Shown: one piece after another, positions 18,623 through 26,260 of the stretch | Numbering within the stretch: position 1 is the first letter of the stretch | How the letters are laid out: each line of letters starts with the position of its first letter | Origin: a virus | Lineage: Duplodnaviria > Caudoviricetes | Length of the DNA: 33,957 nt | Strand: one strand, 5' to 3' | Virus record (IMG/VR): IMGVR_UViG_3300021408_000103 | Location: 1-33,957 of that record | Translations under genes and position numbers: made by a program | The notes under the pieces: generated by a model | Seen by the model: the letters and a program-made list of their open reading frames with translations, nothing else | The model's database searches: none | What the model was told of the DNA's origin: nothing

Positions 18623-20068
18623 GTGGCCGTCGACCTCGTACCGAACGGCGTCTGGTCCCGGGCCTCCACTGGGCTCGCCATCACCGGTGTGTCGTTCTGC
18701 GGCTGGGTCCGCTTTGACACCACGCCGGCCGCGTACCGGGGCTTCGTCTACCACGGCACCACCAGCTACTCGAACTGCCTAGCCCTGGTCCGACTGGCGA
18801 ACGGGACCGTGCGGGCCGAGCACGCCTCGTTCACGGGCCCGGTCACCGCGGTCCTGTCCAACAACACCTGGTACTTCGTGGCGGTCACGGCCACGACCGG
18901 CGCCAACAACTTCATCGTCTACTGGCGGGCCGAAGGCGAGACGTCGCTGCAGTCAGCCGTCGGTACGTGGTCGGGCACCCTGGCGCAGAACACACTGCGC
19001 TACGGCGGCGGTCCCTCCGAAGCTTCGGCCAACTGCCATGACGGCAAGTACGCCTACAACCGGGTGTTCGCCTCCGTGCTCACCCAGGCGCAGCTACTCG
19101 CAGAGTCTGCAGCCACGGCGGCGGTGCTCACCGAGTGGGCCGACTACCCGATGGCTGCCGCCGCCAGCTCGACGACTGATGCCAGCGGTAACGCTCGCAC
19201 CCTGACGTTCACGGCGGGCAGCGGCTCGCAGGGCGACTTCGCTGACCCGAACATCAGCTTGTCCACCCCTGCCACCGGCACTGCTACTGGCACCTTCACG
19301 TTCTCTGGCGCCGCGAGCGGGGTCGGTCGTGGGCTGGGCGCCGCGGCTGGGGCGTTCGTGTTCACGGGTGCGAGCTCGGGGGTACGGGCCCGGCCCGGGG
19401 TCGCGGCGGGCGTGTACGTGTTCACCGGCACAGCGGGGGGTCATCCCCGGGTGCTGGGCGCCGGCACCTCGACGTTCTCGTTCGCTGGGACAGCGACAGG
19501 ATCCCCCGACTCGCCGGCGGTGACCGGGACCGCCACAGGCGTCTACTCGTTCGTTGGCACAGCTTCGGCCATCCGCCGCACCTCCGGTGTCGGAGCAGGC
19601 ACCCTTACCTTCGCGGCCTCCGGAGCCGGTGTACGTCGAGTCAGCGGTCTTGCCGCCTCGAGCTACGGGTTCACGGCCACCGCCTCGGGGGTGGGCCGAG
19701 CTACGGGTTCGTCGTCGGCGCCGTACACGTTCACGGCCGCCGCCATCGGTGTCCGTCGCCGCCTGAGTCTGGCGGCGGGCAGCTACTCGTTCTCCGGCAC
19801 GGGCGCCGGGGTGATCCCTCCTGATGCCGGTGTAGGCCAGGGCGTCGGCGTCTACTCGTTCGTTGGTGAAGGGGCGGGGGTCCGTCGGGCCAGGGGCGCA
19901 GCGGCCGGGGTGTACGTGGTTGCTGCCCTGGGATCGGGCATCCCGCGGGTCCTCGGGCGGGCGGCTGGTGACTACGGGTTCCTGGCCACCGCCGTCATCT
20001 TCCCGGTGCCCGACCCCGACGCCGTCGACCGCATCCTCATCTCCGCCTCCCGACTCGCCCGCCGATAG
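18623..20068 (+). CDS. LamG/ConA-like domain plus 20-aa repeat fibre-like protein
   Basis: N-terminal SFCGWVR, NTWYFVAVT, RVFASVLTQAQL; then 12 repeats of about 20 aa. No clear RBS, so the start is uncertain. Confidence 0.75.
   Translation: MAVDLVPNGVWSRASTGLAITGVSFCGWVRFDTTPAAYRGFVYHGTTSYSNCLALVRLANGTVRAEHASFTGPVTAVLSNNTWYFVAVTATTGANNFIVYWRAEGETSLQSAVGTWSGTLAQNTLRYGGGPSEASANCHDGKYAYNRVFASVLTQAQLLAESAATAAVLTEWADYPMAAAASSTTDASGNARTLTFTAGSGSQGDFADPNISLSTPATGTATGTFTFSGAASGVGRGLGAAAGAFVFTGASSGVRARPGVAAGVYVFTGTAGGHPRVLGAGTSTFSFAGTATGSPDSPAVTGTATGVYSFVGTASAIRRTSGVGAGTLTFAASGAGVRRVSGLAASSYGFTATASGVGRATGSSSAPYTFTAAAIGVRRRLSLAAGSYSFSGTGAGVIPPDAGVGQGVGVYSFVGEGAGVRRARGAAAGVYVVAALGSGIPRVLGRAAGDYGFLATAVIFPVPDPDAVDRILISASRLARR
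19271..20002 (+). repeat. 12 degenerate ~20-codon repeats
   Basis: ATGTATGTFTFSGAASGVGR / GLGAAAGAFVFTGASSGVRA / RPGVAAGVYVFTGTAGGHPR ... VLGRAAGDYGFLATAVIF. Confidence 0.8.
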
Positions 20069-20077
20069 GAGATCGCC

Positions 20078-20926
20078 ATGAAGCGTGGCTTCGTCCTGCA
20101 CCACAACGGCCCAGCGGCCAACTGCCTCGACCGTCCGCACACCCGGTGCGTCGCCTACTGGGCGGCCGTGCGCAGCTTCCACATGGCGCCTGAGCCCAAG
20201 GGCCAGGGCTGGAGCGACATCGCGTACAGCTTCGGTGTGTGCCCGCACGGCATGCGCCTCACTGGCCGGGGCTGGAACAAGAACCAGTTCGCCAACGGCA
20301 CCGACCTCGTCGGCACCAACGACGGGCCCGACTCCGAGTGGTACACGGTCCTCGTCTTCATCGGGATCGGTGAAGCGCCCACCGAGCAGATGGTCGACGG
20401 CGTCGTCGCCCTGATCGACGAGGGCCGGGCGAGTGGTCGTTGCGCCAGCAGGGTGCTGCCACACAACGCCTTCAAACAGAAGGCCTGCCCCGGTCCCGAG
20501 TTCACCACCTACGCCCAACTGTGGGACAACCGGGCGCTCGTCGCCCCCACCCAGAAAGAGGACGACATGACCCCCGAGAACCTCGCAGAGATCAAGGCCG
20601 CCATGAAGGCCGAGGTCGCCAGCGGAGTGAAGCAGGCCGCCAAGTTCCTGACCGTCGGCGGGCCCACGACGATCTTCGACCCGAAGGTGACCGGCAACGA
20701 GTGGATGACCGGTGCCGGCACCGTCACCCTGCCGAAGCTGCTGCTCGCCACCCAGGACGTCGACGTGGATGTGGTCGAGCTGGCCGCCGTCCTCGCGCCC
20801 GTCCTGGCGGCCGCCGTGATCGAGGCCCTGCCGGACGAGGTCACGGACCACCTCGACGCCGAGGAGTTCGAGGCGCTGGTCGTCTCCGCTCTCGGCTCGG
20901 TGCGGCTCACCCCCGACGCCGGCTGA
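20078..20926 (+). CDS. Endolysin, N-acetylmuramoyl-L-alanine amidase (Amidase_2/PGRP-like)
   Basis: AGGAG RBS; VLHH, GWSDIAYSF, GRGW, PH...KACPG zinc-amidase motifs. Confidence 0.9.
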   Translation: MKRGFVLHHNGPAANCLDRPHTRCVAYWAAVRSFHMAPEPKGQGWSDIAYSFGVCPHGMRLTGRGWNKNQFANGTDLVGTNDGPDSEWYTVLVFIGIGEAPTEQMVDGVVALIDEGRASGRCASRVLPHNAFKQKACPGPEFTTYAQLWDNRALVAPTQKEDDMTPENLAEIKAAMKAEVASGVKQAAKFLTVGGPTTIFDPKVTGNEWMTGAGTVTLPKLLLATQDVDVDVVELAAVLAPVLAAAVIEALPDEVTDHLDAEEFEALVVSALGSVRLTPDAG

Positions 20927-20958
20927 CCGTGTGCTGCGACCCGAGGGTGGGGTAGCCG

Positions 20959-21156
20959 GTGTGGCAGGGCCTGACGTGGTCGAACATCGAGCGGGCCATC
21001 CGGCTGGCGCTGGCTACGGGCGCTGGGGTGCGGGAGCTGTTCTTCCAGGCCGAGGCGCAGACCTCGGTGCTGCTCTTCATCTTGGCGGCGCTGGGGCTAC
21101 CGGAGGCGTTGCGGCTCTTGGCCCATCTGGCTCGGGCGCCGGAGACCCTGGAGTGA
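20959..21156 (+). CDS. Small hydrophobic lysis-cassette protein (65 aa)
   Basis: Follows endolysin; hydrophobic SVLLFILAALGLPEALRLL; GTGA-coupled to next ORF. Confidence 0.6.
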   Translation: MWQGLTWSNIERAIRLALATGAGVRELFFQAEAQTSVLLFILAALGLPEALRLLAHLARAPETLE

Positions 21157-21242
21157 ACCGCCTGCTCGCTCCCCGGATGCTGCTCATCTACGACGCCTGC
21201 ATCGCGGCGACCTACGTCTTGTGGATGGTGTGGCACCGATGA
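21153..21242 (+). CDS. Tiny hydrophobic peptide (29 aa)
   Basis: MNRLLAPRMLLIYDACIAATYVLWMVWHR; GTGA overlap upstream and ATGA overlap downstream. Confidence 0.45.
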   Translation: MNRLLAPRMLLIYDACIAATYVLWMVWHR

Positions 21243-21535
21243 AGGTCCCGAGAGTCGTCGTAGGTCTCCTCGCCGTGATGATCATCGGCATGTGCGTCGT
21301 GGCCGGGCTCGGGTTCCGCAAGCTCGAACGCCAGGACGCCCAGGTCGGGGAACTCGTGTCCCGTCTCGACGCCGAGATCGAAGCCCGCGACGTCCAGTCG
21401 TGTGAGAGCGCCAAGGTCGTCCGCGTCGAGCAGCAGGACCTGCTGGAGTTCTTCGCCGCCGGCCGCCCTGCGTTCCTCGCCGAGGTGCACCGCTACTACG
21501 ACGGTCTCCCTGCGCCGGCCGACTGCGGCCCGTGA
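21239..21535 (+). CDS. Single-TM membrane protein with coiled coil (98 aa)
   Basis: MKVPRVVVGLLAVMIIGMCVVAGLG..., two further Cys in the soluble part; within lysis cassette. Confidence 0.7.
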   Translation: MKVPRVVVGLLAVMIIGMCVVAGLGFRKLERQDAQVGELVSRLDAEIEARDVQSCESAKVVRVEQQDLLEFFAAGRPAFLAEVHRYYDGLPAPADCGP

Positions 21536-21696
21536 TGCTGCAGCGCCCCAGCAACCAGGCGGCCGTGGGGGAGTGCATGTCCTGCTCGTGCCGGTCCTGC
21601 CGTGAGCGTGGCCGGGCTGCGCACCGGAAGCGCCGCCGGTTGAAGCGCCGCGAACGCCGACGCTGGCGAGCCTTCGAGCTGGCCGACAACCGATAG
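21535..21696 (+). CDS. Cys/Arg-rich microprotein (53 aa)
   Basis: Read by hand, TGATG-coupled: MLQRPSNQAAVGECMSCSCRSCRERGRAAHRKRRRLKRRERRRWRAFELADNR. Confidence 0.55.
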   Translation: MLQRPSNQAAVGECMSCSCRSCRERGRAAHRKRRRLKRRERRRWRAFELADNR

Positions 21697-21765
21697 TCGC
21701 AGGCCGGAAGCTTGAAATCTCCGCGCCCGATCTCAAGCCCACTTCAACACCCAGGAGGTACCCGC

Positions 21766-22014
21766 ATGATGTTCGACCTGACCCGCAGGCTCGGCGTGAT
21801 CGCCGGCTCCGTCGTCACCCTCGTGATGGCGCTCGCCGTGGGCATCACCCAGCTCGTCACCGAGATCGCACCGGAGCTGCCCGACGGGTGGCAGGACGAC
21901 GCCTTCCGCTGGGGCGGCATCGTCACCACCGTTCTGGCCGCTGCCGCTGCTGCGATCCGACGGCTGACCGAGGTGGCACCGCACGAGCGGGGCATCCTGC
22001 CGCCGGACGTCTGA
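21766..22014 (+). CDS. Holin-like two-TM protein (82 aa)
   Basis: AGGAGG RBS; two hydrophobic helices and charged C-terminus; last gene before terminator. Confidence 0.7.
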   Translation: MMFDLTRRLGVIAGSVVTLVMALAVGITQLVTEIAPELPDGWQDDAFRWGGIVTTVLAAAAAAIRRLTEVAPHERGILPPDV

Positions 22015-22067
22015 CCTTCGGCGTAGCCTCGTCGCTGAGTTGCGATGCTCGAACCCGTTCCACCGTG

Positions 22068-22097
22068 CAGCTCCCTGGCCTTCGGGTCGGGGAGCTG
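22068..22097 (+). terminator. Late-operon terminator hairpin
   Basis: CAGCTCCCTGGCC-TTCG-GGTCGGGGAGCTG, 13 bp with 2 G-U pairs, C(UUCG)G loop, followed by TTG. Confidence 0.7.
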
Positions 22098-22193
22098 TTG
22101 CGCGTCCGTGGCCCTAGTCGCTGGCGCAGGGTTCAACCTAGAATGGAGCTAGTCCCGGTTGTGGTGACCCGGACCCCCGGACAGGAGAAGGAC

Positions 22194-22457
22194 ATGGATA
22201 GGCGCAAGCATGGGATCGAGCTGGTTGCCTGTGCGGGGCACAGGGACTGCCGCTGCTTCGACAACAGCAAGCCTGATGGCTACGACGGCGGTAGGTGCTC
22301 GTGTGGGTCGGCGTGGTTCCAGCTCGCCGACGGACTTGAGCGCGGCTTGTTCACAGTGGACAACAGCGGAATGGTCACAGGTTTCAGCGGTCAAGCTGTC
22401 TGCGCCGAGTGCGCTACGCCGTGGACTCCGCCACGCACCCGCTTCTCGGTGGTCTAG
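22194..22457 (+). CDS. Cys-rich putative zinc-binding protein (87 aa)
   Basis: AGGAGAAGGA RBS; CxxHxxCxC, CxCG and CxxC motifs; TAGAAT -10-like hexamer at 22139-22144. Confidence 0.7.
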   Translation: MDRRKHGIELVACAGHRDCRCFDNSKPDGYDGGRCSCGSAWFQLADGLERGLFTVDNSGMVTGFSGQAVCAECATPWTPPRTRFSVV

Positions 22458-22660
22458 TGGCCACACTCAGGGCACGCTTCGGCTGCTGGCTGCTCAGACC
22501 TCACGCTGGACGACTGTTGTGCCACTACCGGACGATGGCTCGCGAGCACCCGAACCCCGTGAACCGGGAGCATTGCGAGTACATCACGATCGGCATCGGC
22601 CACGTGATGAACTGGCGGCGCCCTTTACCGTCAACGATCGCTCCTTCCGGGGAGTGAAAC

Positions 22661-22708
22661 GCCCCCCGCCCCTTCACCACGCCGGTTCGCCGGTTGGGGG
22701 CGGGGGGC
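22661..22708. terminator. 12-bp inverted repeat between convergent units
   Basis: GCCCCCCGCCCC (22661-22672) / GGGGCGGGGGGC (22697-22708). Confidence 0.5.
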
Positions 22709-22714
22709 ACCACG

Positions 22715-22951
22715 GGGGTCGTAGGGGTGGCGTGTCGGAAACGTCGCGCGCCGATGTCGGATGGAATCCCACTATCCACGCCGACCCGCAGGCGTAGGCT
22801 CAGAGCGGAGCACGGACGGTCGTCTGCCAGCGGCAACGGTGGCACCTGCGGGAGCAGCTACGAAGACGGCCGCCGGGCTCCGACTCTTGTCGGTGCGTCG
22901 AGCATGAGGCTTCGTCCTCGTAGCGGCACCAGCCCTCAGTCCCTCGGCCCC
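22715..22951. ncRNA. Candidate multi-domain structured RNA or ssDNA element
   Basis: Basal stem 22715-22727/22940-22951 enclosing three adjacent stem-closed domains: 22729-22782, 22785-22852, 22857-22924; no convincing ORF. Confidence 0.4.
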
Positions 22952-23218
22952 CTACCGGGTCGGGGGACTGTTGGCGTTTTGGGGCTCACGCACCCACATG
23001 GCCACGTGCCACTCGCAGCCGCTGGTCAGCGCGACACCGTTGGCCATGCCGAGGTGCGTCGCACGCGGGCGCTGCTCCTTCGGGCACCACGGGCAGCGCT
23101 GACGGCTTTGGCTACGCACTGGCTTGGCGTACCGCTGGTGGTCGGCGGCGCTTCCGACCTGGCCCCAGCCGCCGGGGCTGGAGAGCCGAGCCTTGGTCTC
23201 TCTCGCGGTGGGCATCAC
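22952..23218 (-). CDS. Hypothetical phage protein with CPWC...H...C..H (88 aa)
   Basis: GTGA-coupled; RATHLGMANGVALTSGCEWHV. Confidence 0.7.
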   Translation of the reverse strand: MMPTARETKARLSSPGGWGQVGSAADHQRYAKPVRSQSRQRCPWCPKEQRPRATHLGMANGVALTSGCEWHVAMWVREPQNANSPPTR

Positions 23219-23508
23219 TCGCCGCCTTCGACGTAGGTGCCGCCGTGCTCGGGCAGCATGATGCTCCGCACCTGGGTCACCGTGGTCGGGAGCGACCAGC
23301 CCGTGTGGTCCATCAGCTTGGCGATGGCCGGCGCAATGTCGGTGCTCAGCTCCTGCTCCACCAGGTAGGCCTCGATGTCGGGCAGCCAGTGGCCCGCGCT
23401 GCGGGCCATCCGCACTCGGGCCACGACTCCCGGTTCCAGCAGGTCGGGGTAGGGCTTCTCGACCGGCTCATTCTTGGGGTCGAACCAGGACTGGTGAACG
23501 GCCATCAC
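23215..23508 (-). CDS. Hypothetical protein (97 aa)
   Basis: Coding-like codon usage; coupled to downstream ORF. Confidence 0.7.
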   Translation of the reverse strand: MMAVHQSWFDPKNEPVEKPYPDLLEPGVVARVRMARSAGHWLPDIEAYLVEQELSTDIAPAIAKLMDHTGWSLPTTVTQVRSIMLPEHGGTYVEGGE

Positions 23509-23755
23509 TCGTCGCCCTCGATGCGACGGCTCTGGACCCGCTCGTCTGAGCGGGACGCGACTGTTTGTCGAGCCTGACGTACTCGGCGCACGGCCACCGC
23601 TTCTTGCAGCGCAGGCAGAACGTCGTCTTCCCGTCGCCCATGTCGACGGGGTCGTGCTGCCTCAGAAGCCACCGGTCGGTGCGGTCAGGGAGTTGGTCGA
23701 CAGCTTCTCGCAGGAGTGCCGCCACTTCTCGCACCTGCTTGACGAGCTTCGCCAT
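23468..23755 (-). CDS. Hypothetical zinc-binding protein (H...CxxC...WPC), 3' end possibly frameshifted
   Basis: ATG 23755 (MAKLVKQVREVAALL...QHDP...FCLRCKKRWPCAEY), TGATG-coupled to the upstream frame. Confidence 0.55.
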   Translation of the reverse strand: MAKLVKQVREVAALLREAVDQLPDRTDRWLLRQHDPVDMGDGKTTFCLRCKKRWPCAEYVRLDKQSRPAQTSGSRAVASRATSDGRSPVLVRPQE

Positions 23756-24025
23756 CACCCACCGCCTTCGAGGTTGCCTCCGCCCACCTGGCCGGAGCCA
23801 GGTGGCGAGGGCGGGGGCTGCTCCCCTGAGCGGGAAGCGATCTCGCCCGCGTTGCGCACGAGGTGCGCCGCGGCCTCGGCTGCGCTGACGCCTGCGACCT
23901 CGGCGTGTGCCTTGGCTCGCTCCATGAAGCCTTCGATGGTCCAGCTTGCAGCGGTGATCTGACTGTTGAACCGCGTCGGCGGCAGCTCGCCTCATCGCGC
24001 TGACCATCGGGGGGATCATGCTCAT
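23755..24025 (-). pseudogene. Apparently frameshifted small gene
   Basis: Strong RBS (AAGGAGAAGGTG) before ATG 24025, but the coding-like frame (GELPPTRFNSQITAASWTIEGFMERAKAHAEV...GGG, stop 23755-23757) is shifted after about 11 codons. Confidence 0.4.
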
Positions 24026-24105
24026 CTCACCTTCTCCTTGCTGTCTGCGACACTAGAGCTGGAGCCTCGGAGCGCCTGTCCGAGGGACCCCGGCGGGGGG
24101 TCCGC

Positions 24106-24282
24106 CTAGGACGGGAGCCGAGGCTCCTGCCGTGGACTCCCGCGAATGATGCGGGCTGCGCCGGCCATCGCGGCGAGGACGTCCTTCGACGACCACCCGA
24201 ACCTGTCGGCCAGCTCGTGGACTGACGGGTCGGCGGCGCACATCTGGCACTCGCACAGCAGGCCATGGATGCGGTGCGGCAT
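24106..24282 (-). CDS. Small CxCxxC protein (58 aa)
   Basis: TGATG-coupled to the recombinase; MPHRIHGLLCECQMCAADPSVHELADRFGWSSKDVLAAM. Confidence 0.55.
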   Translation of the reverse strand: MPHRIHGLLCECQMCAADPSVHELADRFGWSSKDVLAAMAGAARIIRGSPRQEPRLPS

Positions 24283-24908
24283 CACGAAGCGCTCCAATCT
24301 CTTTCTCGCATCATCGCGACGACGTCCATAGGTGCCAGGTGGGAGATGTAGCGCTCCGTCCCCGACAGGGACTCGTGGCCGAGCTGCGCCTGGATCTGGT
24401 GGATGGGGGTGCCACGCTGGGCGAGGTCGAACGCGAAGGAGTGCCGCAGACCGTGCGGGTGGACCCGCTTCTCGATGCCGCTTCGCGTGGCGAGCCGAGC
24501 GAGGGCGGTGCGGATGTAGCGCTGACTGAGCGGGGTGCCCATGTTCCCCTCGGAGTAGGTGGTGAAGATGGGGTGGCGACCGTTCAGTCCGAGGTCGCTG
24601 CGCCGGGTGAGCCACCGGTCGAGCAGCCCGCAGGCGAACGGGTCGAGGCCAACGAACCGCCACTTCGAGTTCTTCCCGCAGCGCACCCTCACGGTCCCGT
24701 CCTCCGTGTCGGCGTCCCGCGGGTACAGGTCGATGGTCTCGGCGATGCGAAGACCGGCGCCGTACATGACTGCGATGAGGGCTCGGACCCGGATGCCGGA
24801 CGAGGATCGGTTCGATGCTGCCGTCAGCAGACGGCGGACCTCGTCGGAGGTGAGCGGTTCAGGCGGGAACTTCTGGCCCTTGTTCGTCGGGGGCGTGGGC
24901 GCAGGCAC
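24282..24908 (-). CDS. Tyrosine recombinase, catalytic domain only (208 aa)
   Basis: GAAAGGA RBS; all catalytic residues: GLR(IAE), GK, HGLRH, LGH, TERY. Confidence 0.93.
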   Translation of the reverse strand: MPAPTPPTNKGQKFPPEPLTSDEVRRLLTAASNRSSSGIRVRALIAVMYGAGLRIAETIDLYPRDADTEDGTVRVRCGKNSKWRFVGLDPFACGLLDRWLTRRSDLGLNGRHPIFTTYSEGNMGTPLSQRYIRTALARLATRSGIEKRVHPHGLRHSFAFDLAQRGTPIHQIQAQLGHESLSGTERYISHLAPMDVVAMMRERDWSAS

Positions 24909-24950
24909 TTCGGTGGTCCTTTCGCAGCCTTAGTGGTGATGCTTGAACGG

Positions 24951-24999
24951 AGCGGTACTCATCTGCACGCAAACCACGACGTCGGGTGGAAGCGGTACT
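24951..24999. repeat. 9-bp direct repeat AGCGGTACT upstream of the tyrosine recombinase
   Basis: Copies at 24951-24959 and 24991-24999, 40 bp apart, in a 98-bp intergenic gap. Confidence 0.5.
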
Positions 25000-25006
25000 A
25001 AACGGG

Positions 25007-25228
25007 TCACTCGGGCCGCCCGACAATCTCCCGCCAGGCCTCGTCGATCTCGCCGGGACTCACGCCTTGTTCGACCATGCGCCGACGGAACGACGCCTCG
25101 ATCCGCGTCTGCGCCCAGTCACGGGCAGCGATCGAGACGACCCACACCGGGATGCACGCGATGCCGCACAGCACGAGCACTGCGAGGACCGCGCCGCTCC
25201 CGGACAGGTGGACGGTCACAGCGATCAC
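25007..25228 (-). CDS. Single-TM membrane protein (73 aa)
   Basis: GTGA-coupled; GAVLAVLVLCGIACIPVWVVSIAA. Confidence 0.65.
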   Translation of the reverse strand: MIAVTVHLSGSGAVLAVLVLCGIACIPVWVVSIAARDWAQTRIEASFRRRMVEQGVSPGEIDEAWREIVGRPE

Positions 25229-25776
25229 GCCTCGTCCGCCTTCCGGGGCATCTGGCCCTTGTCCCACCGGACCGGGCCCTTGTACCCCTCGACCTCACGC
25301 AGCCGGTAGAACTCGTCCTGCTCCGCCTTCTGCTGCGGGGTGGCGCGGTCGTGCTGGCGCTGCCGGAACCCGGAGCGGGTGCTGCGGTCGGGGCCTGTGG
25401 CTGCGGGCTGACGGGTCGCTTGCGGGAGCCGGGTCGGCTGCTGCCGGGAGCGCGGGGGAGCGGACCGCCGCTGGCTCGAGCGCGCCTGAGCGGGTGTCGG
25501 TGCGGTGGCCCGACGGAGGGCTACCCCGGTACCGGGGACCGCGAGGCCGACAGTGACGAGCGCCAACCCAGCGCCGCGGCCGAGCAACCAGCCGCCGGCC
25601 TCAGCAGCCGCGGCACAGCCGAGCGCCGCAGCGGTGCCGTAGTTCTTGCGGCGGCCGTGGCGGACCGCGGCGCGGGCGTTGGCTCCGGCCCGGGAGGGCC
25701 TGAGGGTCCGGTTGTGCGTTCGCACCGTCTGGGTGCGGCCGTTCACCGTGCGCTTGTGGGACTTGACCTTGGCCAT
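25225..25776 (-). CDS. Basic membrane-associated protein (183 aa)
   Basis: ATG 25776 after GAGGAGG; MAKVKSHKRTVNGRTQTVRTHNR..., central hydrophobic hairpin. Confidence 0.7.
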   Translation of the reverse strand: MAKVKSHKRTVNGRTQTVRTHNRTLRPSRAGANARAAVRHGRRKNYGTAAALGCAAAAEAGGWLLGRGAGLALVTVGLAVPGTGVALRRATAPTPAQARSSQRRSAPPRSRQQPTRLPQATRQPAATGPDRSTRSGFRQRQHDRATPQQKAEQDEFYRLREVEGYKGPVRWDKGQMPRKADEA

Positions 25777-26036
25777 CAGGGGGCCTCCTCGGTGGTGGCC
25801 CGGGGCTCGACGTCGGCCAAGGGCCGGACCATGAGCGCCTCCGAGCGGATGATGTGGGCGGCGACCTTGCGGCGGTTGATCACGCCCTCGGTCGTCACCG
25901 GCTGGTGCATCGGGGTCCACGAGCCGGGCCACCGACAAGCGGCCTCGGCGATGAGAGCGGCCTCGCCATCGAAGGCATCGACCTCGACCTCGACGTAGAA
26001 CCCGACCCGCCATGTGGTGCGCGTCGGCTCGCTCAC
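25776..26036 (-). CDS. Hypothetical protein (86 aa)
   Basis: Coupled at both ends; GAGGTG RBS. Confidence 0.7.
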   Translation of the reverse strand: MSEPTRTTWRVGFYVEVEVDAFDGEAALIAEAACRWPGSWTPMHQPVTTEGVINRRKVAAHIIRSEALMVRPLADVEPRATTEEAP

Positions 26037-26260
26037 GGCGTCACCTCGCTGATGCCGTAGACGTCGGACAGCTCATGGTCTTGGGCCTCGGTGTCCCGCT
26101 CGCCGGTCATCGGGAGGATGCGGGGCTCGGCTGTGATCAGGCCGCAGTAGTCGAACGAGTCGACCGTCCGGCCCTCGGTGGGGGCCGGCAGTGCCACCGG
26201 GCGACGGAAGGCGAACCGGAGGCCGCGGGCCGCCTGGCGGAGGGTGTCGAGGGCGCTCAC
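26033..26260 (-). CDS. Hypothetical protein (75 aa)
   Basis: GTG 26260 after GGAGGTG; MSALDTLRQAARGLRFAFRR...; coupled at both ends. Confidence 0.65.
   Translation of the reverse strand: MSALDTLRQAARGLRFAFRRPVALPAPTEGRTVDSFDYCGLITAEPRILPMTGERDTEAQDHELSDVYGISEVTP

Noticed and set aside
141-20851. Long antisense or alternate-frame ORFs such as 141..1475, 3676..5346, 7274..8731, 16590..18203 and 19094..20851
   Set aside because: Shadow ORFs expected in high-GC DNA; they overlap well-supported genes and give Arg/Pro/Gly-rich sequence without motifs.
22785-22852. tRNA-like cloverleaf with a D-arm-like TAGGCTCAG...GAGC
   Set aside because: No TTC-containing T loop, no 7-nt anticodon loop and no CCA; kept only as part of the structured element.
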